The notes under the pieces are model-generated. The model did not search any database. It saw only the letters and a program-made list of their open reading frames with translations, and was not told where the DNA came from. A program made the position numbers and the translations under genes. 64,000 bases of DNA, taken from the NCBI RefSeq assembly GCF_009914755.1, contig NC_060932.1; one strand, given 5' to 3'. The number at the start of each line of letters is the position of its first letter. Positions within the stretch are counted from its first letter, which is position 1. This document shows, one piece after another, positions 61,861 to 64,000 of the stretch. Origin of the DNA: the human T2T-CHM13v2.0 reference genome, Homo sapiens.

Positions 61861-62479
61861 AGTACATGATAGAATGGCTTAAGAGTTGTTGATTCTCTTG
61901 AAGAACATGGTAAATTCATTTGTTAAGGGCAAAAGCATAAGCTTTGCAGCTACCTGAGATCTCTAAACCTGGGGTTTCATTGCAGCGCTGGCACTTCTAT
62001 CTCTGAAAACTGAGAAATCGATAGAAGTAAATTAAGATTGTTTCTCAAGGAGAAGCTGATTACTAATAGACATTGAGTTCCCACAAAGCCAAGCCTTAGG
62101 GAAGGTCATAATTGACTACTGGCAATAATTCTTCCTCTGTAAATTATCCAGGAAAAATTATTCACCTCATAAATTTCCTTCATATCAAGCGACAGCTGGT
62201 TCATTAGTAAGTCTTGGCATACATGCTAATGGCTACCCTTTCTTCGACTACCGCTTTTTACTTTAAGCTGTTCTTGCTATGTCATGTTTCAAAGACTTCC
62301 CTGAGTGAGTCTGTTTCTAGATCTATAGAATGGAGAAAATGCCTTCTTCACAGGTCCAAGGTGAACTTTAAATGAGATCACAGGTCTTGATACACAGTAA
62401 ATATTTATTGTCCCTTACTCATTCTCTCCTAAGGAGTCTTAGCCCTATAAACAAAGCCTGTATTCCTAAACCCCACAAC

Positions 62480-62633
62480 CAGTGGTGTGCCCAACTGTCT
62501 GTTCAGTGACCACTTGGTAACTTGAAATCAGCCATAATGGGAGTATTTATATCACGGAAATCAGAAAACTCCGTAAATTGGAATTTTTTTTCCTCAGAAA
62601 GCTAGTTGTTAAACATTTACTGTAACAGCACTG
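62480..62633 (+). mobile_element. MER63-like (hAT-Blackjack), internally deleted
   Basis: cagtggtgtgc...gcactg termini; cttgaaatcagccataatgggagtattta. Confidence 0.7.
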
Positions 62634-62779
62634 CCTATACCCACCACAGAGAATGAAATAATTAGGTGACTAAACTCTATACAGCTATCAATGTATCTTG
62701 TACACTGATTTGATACTTCATAATGGAATAATACTTCAGTATATAGCCCAGATAAAGCTAAATCATTCCATTCATTTTG

Positions 62780-63140
62780 ATCATTAAACATTCATTGAGT
62801 TGCTTCTAAATGCCAGGCCCAGATATAGATAATAAGATTACTAAAATCAACAAAAGTCATTATCCTCTGGGAGTTTATAATCTAGTGGGGTGGGTACATT
62901 ACAAATAGATGGCTAAATAGCTGGATAGATGATTGATACATGGATGGATGGATGGATGGATGGACAAGGGAGAAGTACACATAATACCACATGATAAAAC
63001 TGTAATAAAGGCATGAGTAAAGTAGTTGAGGAACATTCGAAGCAGTGCTTCTCTTTGAAGGAGTTAAGGAAGACTTCACAGAGGAGGTGACATCTTAAAC
63101 TGTGCCTTAGAAGATGACTAGACCTATTTAATGGAGAGGG
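62780..63140 (-). mobile_element. L2 3' fragment containing (GATG)n
   Basis: cattcattgag...tgccagg; gacttcacagaggaggtgacatctt. Confidence 0.65.
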
Positions 63141-64000
63141 TGTTGAGTATGGCTCATCCTACCTAACTGTACTTCCTTCTGACTCCAGCTATCACAAAGG
63201 CGACCTCATAAGGTTTGGGAGAACTAAATAAAATAATCCACACATATTATTTACAACAGTATGTTTCACAGGGTATACAAATAATAATTGTAGCTAGTTT
63301 AATTACTATACCAAACTGAAGAGGCCATCAGGCCTGAGGACCAACAAGGGAGAAAATTCAGTGCCTCAGTCTCCAGTGAAAATTTTATGTCCTAGACTCC
63401 TTTCCAGACTGAGGCATGATGTTCGTTAGGCTCAGCTTTACTGCAGACTCCTTCCTTTTGAGCTCTGCAGCTATCAGAAATCTTTCAAGCTGGGGTTTCA
63501 TTTGCAGAATATTGTTTACAAGACTAAATCTTAAATAAGTCCTCAAATGTCTTTGGCCTTTGCTCACTGCCCTCTCCTCCCAATTTTAGACCATTATCAC
63601 ATAATACCCTCTTTAGAAGTCATAGCTAAACAAAATTATCTCTGACAAGTACATTTTTTAATTTTTATGCAATTTATTTTTATTTATTTTTTATACAATT
63701 CAGCATTCAGATCAGGCACTGATAAGAGCCTTGGGTAGGACAGAGAAAAACATCATCTGGAAGTAGCTCCTCAGAGAAAAAGTACCTGCAATTGTGTTAC
63801 TATCAAAGAGCAACAACTATTTTCTTTCGATTATGACATGAAATAAAAACAGGATGACGAAAATGCACATGGTTATTTAATGACTGCAGTGCCAGAATTC
63901 CCTCTGCCCTCTTCTTTCCTCTACCTCCCCTAGATTGATACCAAGAGCCCTGCCCAGAACTTCAGCCTAACTTGTATCTTCCAAAGATTATGTTTGCCTT

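Overview
AT-rich primate (human-like) genomic DNA, almost all intronic, dense in Alu, L1, L2, MIR, MaLR/ERV LTR and DNA-transposon relics. A plus-strand exon at 44072-44172 translates to (G)TMDIEERNRQMKINKYKQVAGSDPRLEQDYHSK. From memory this is the alternatively spliced linker between the C2A and C2B domains of the presynaptic active-zone protein RIM2 (RIMS2). Upstream lies an array of small candidate cassette exons and microexons (12-93 nt), mostly phase 1-1; some shift frame and only work in pairs. Notable observations: (1) an exon matching the rodent MITEDMDSTRKRNSG cassette whose acceptor here is TG, with an in-frame AG 9 nt downstream; (2) a probable GC donor; (3) a 12-nt microexon candidate with UGC and UC-repeat context; (4) a perfect 57-bp inverted repeat with a 5-nt loop; (5) a 5'-truncated L1PA ending in a 21-nt inverted self-copy; (6) a MER41B LTR with two intact GAS motifs; (7) a MER85 piggyBac MITE. 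No bacterial-type systems, RNA genes or CRISPR arrays are visible. Gene and repeat names are from recall, not database searches; repeat boundaries are approximate.
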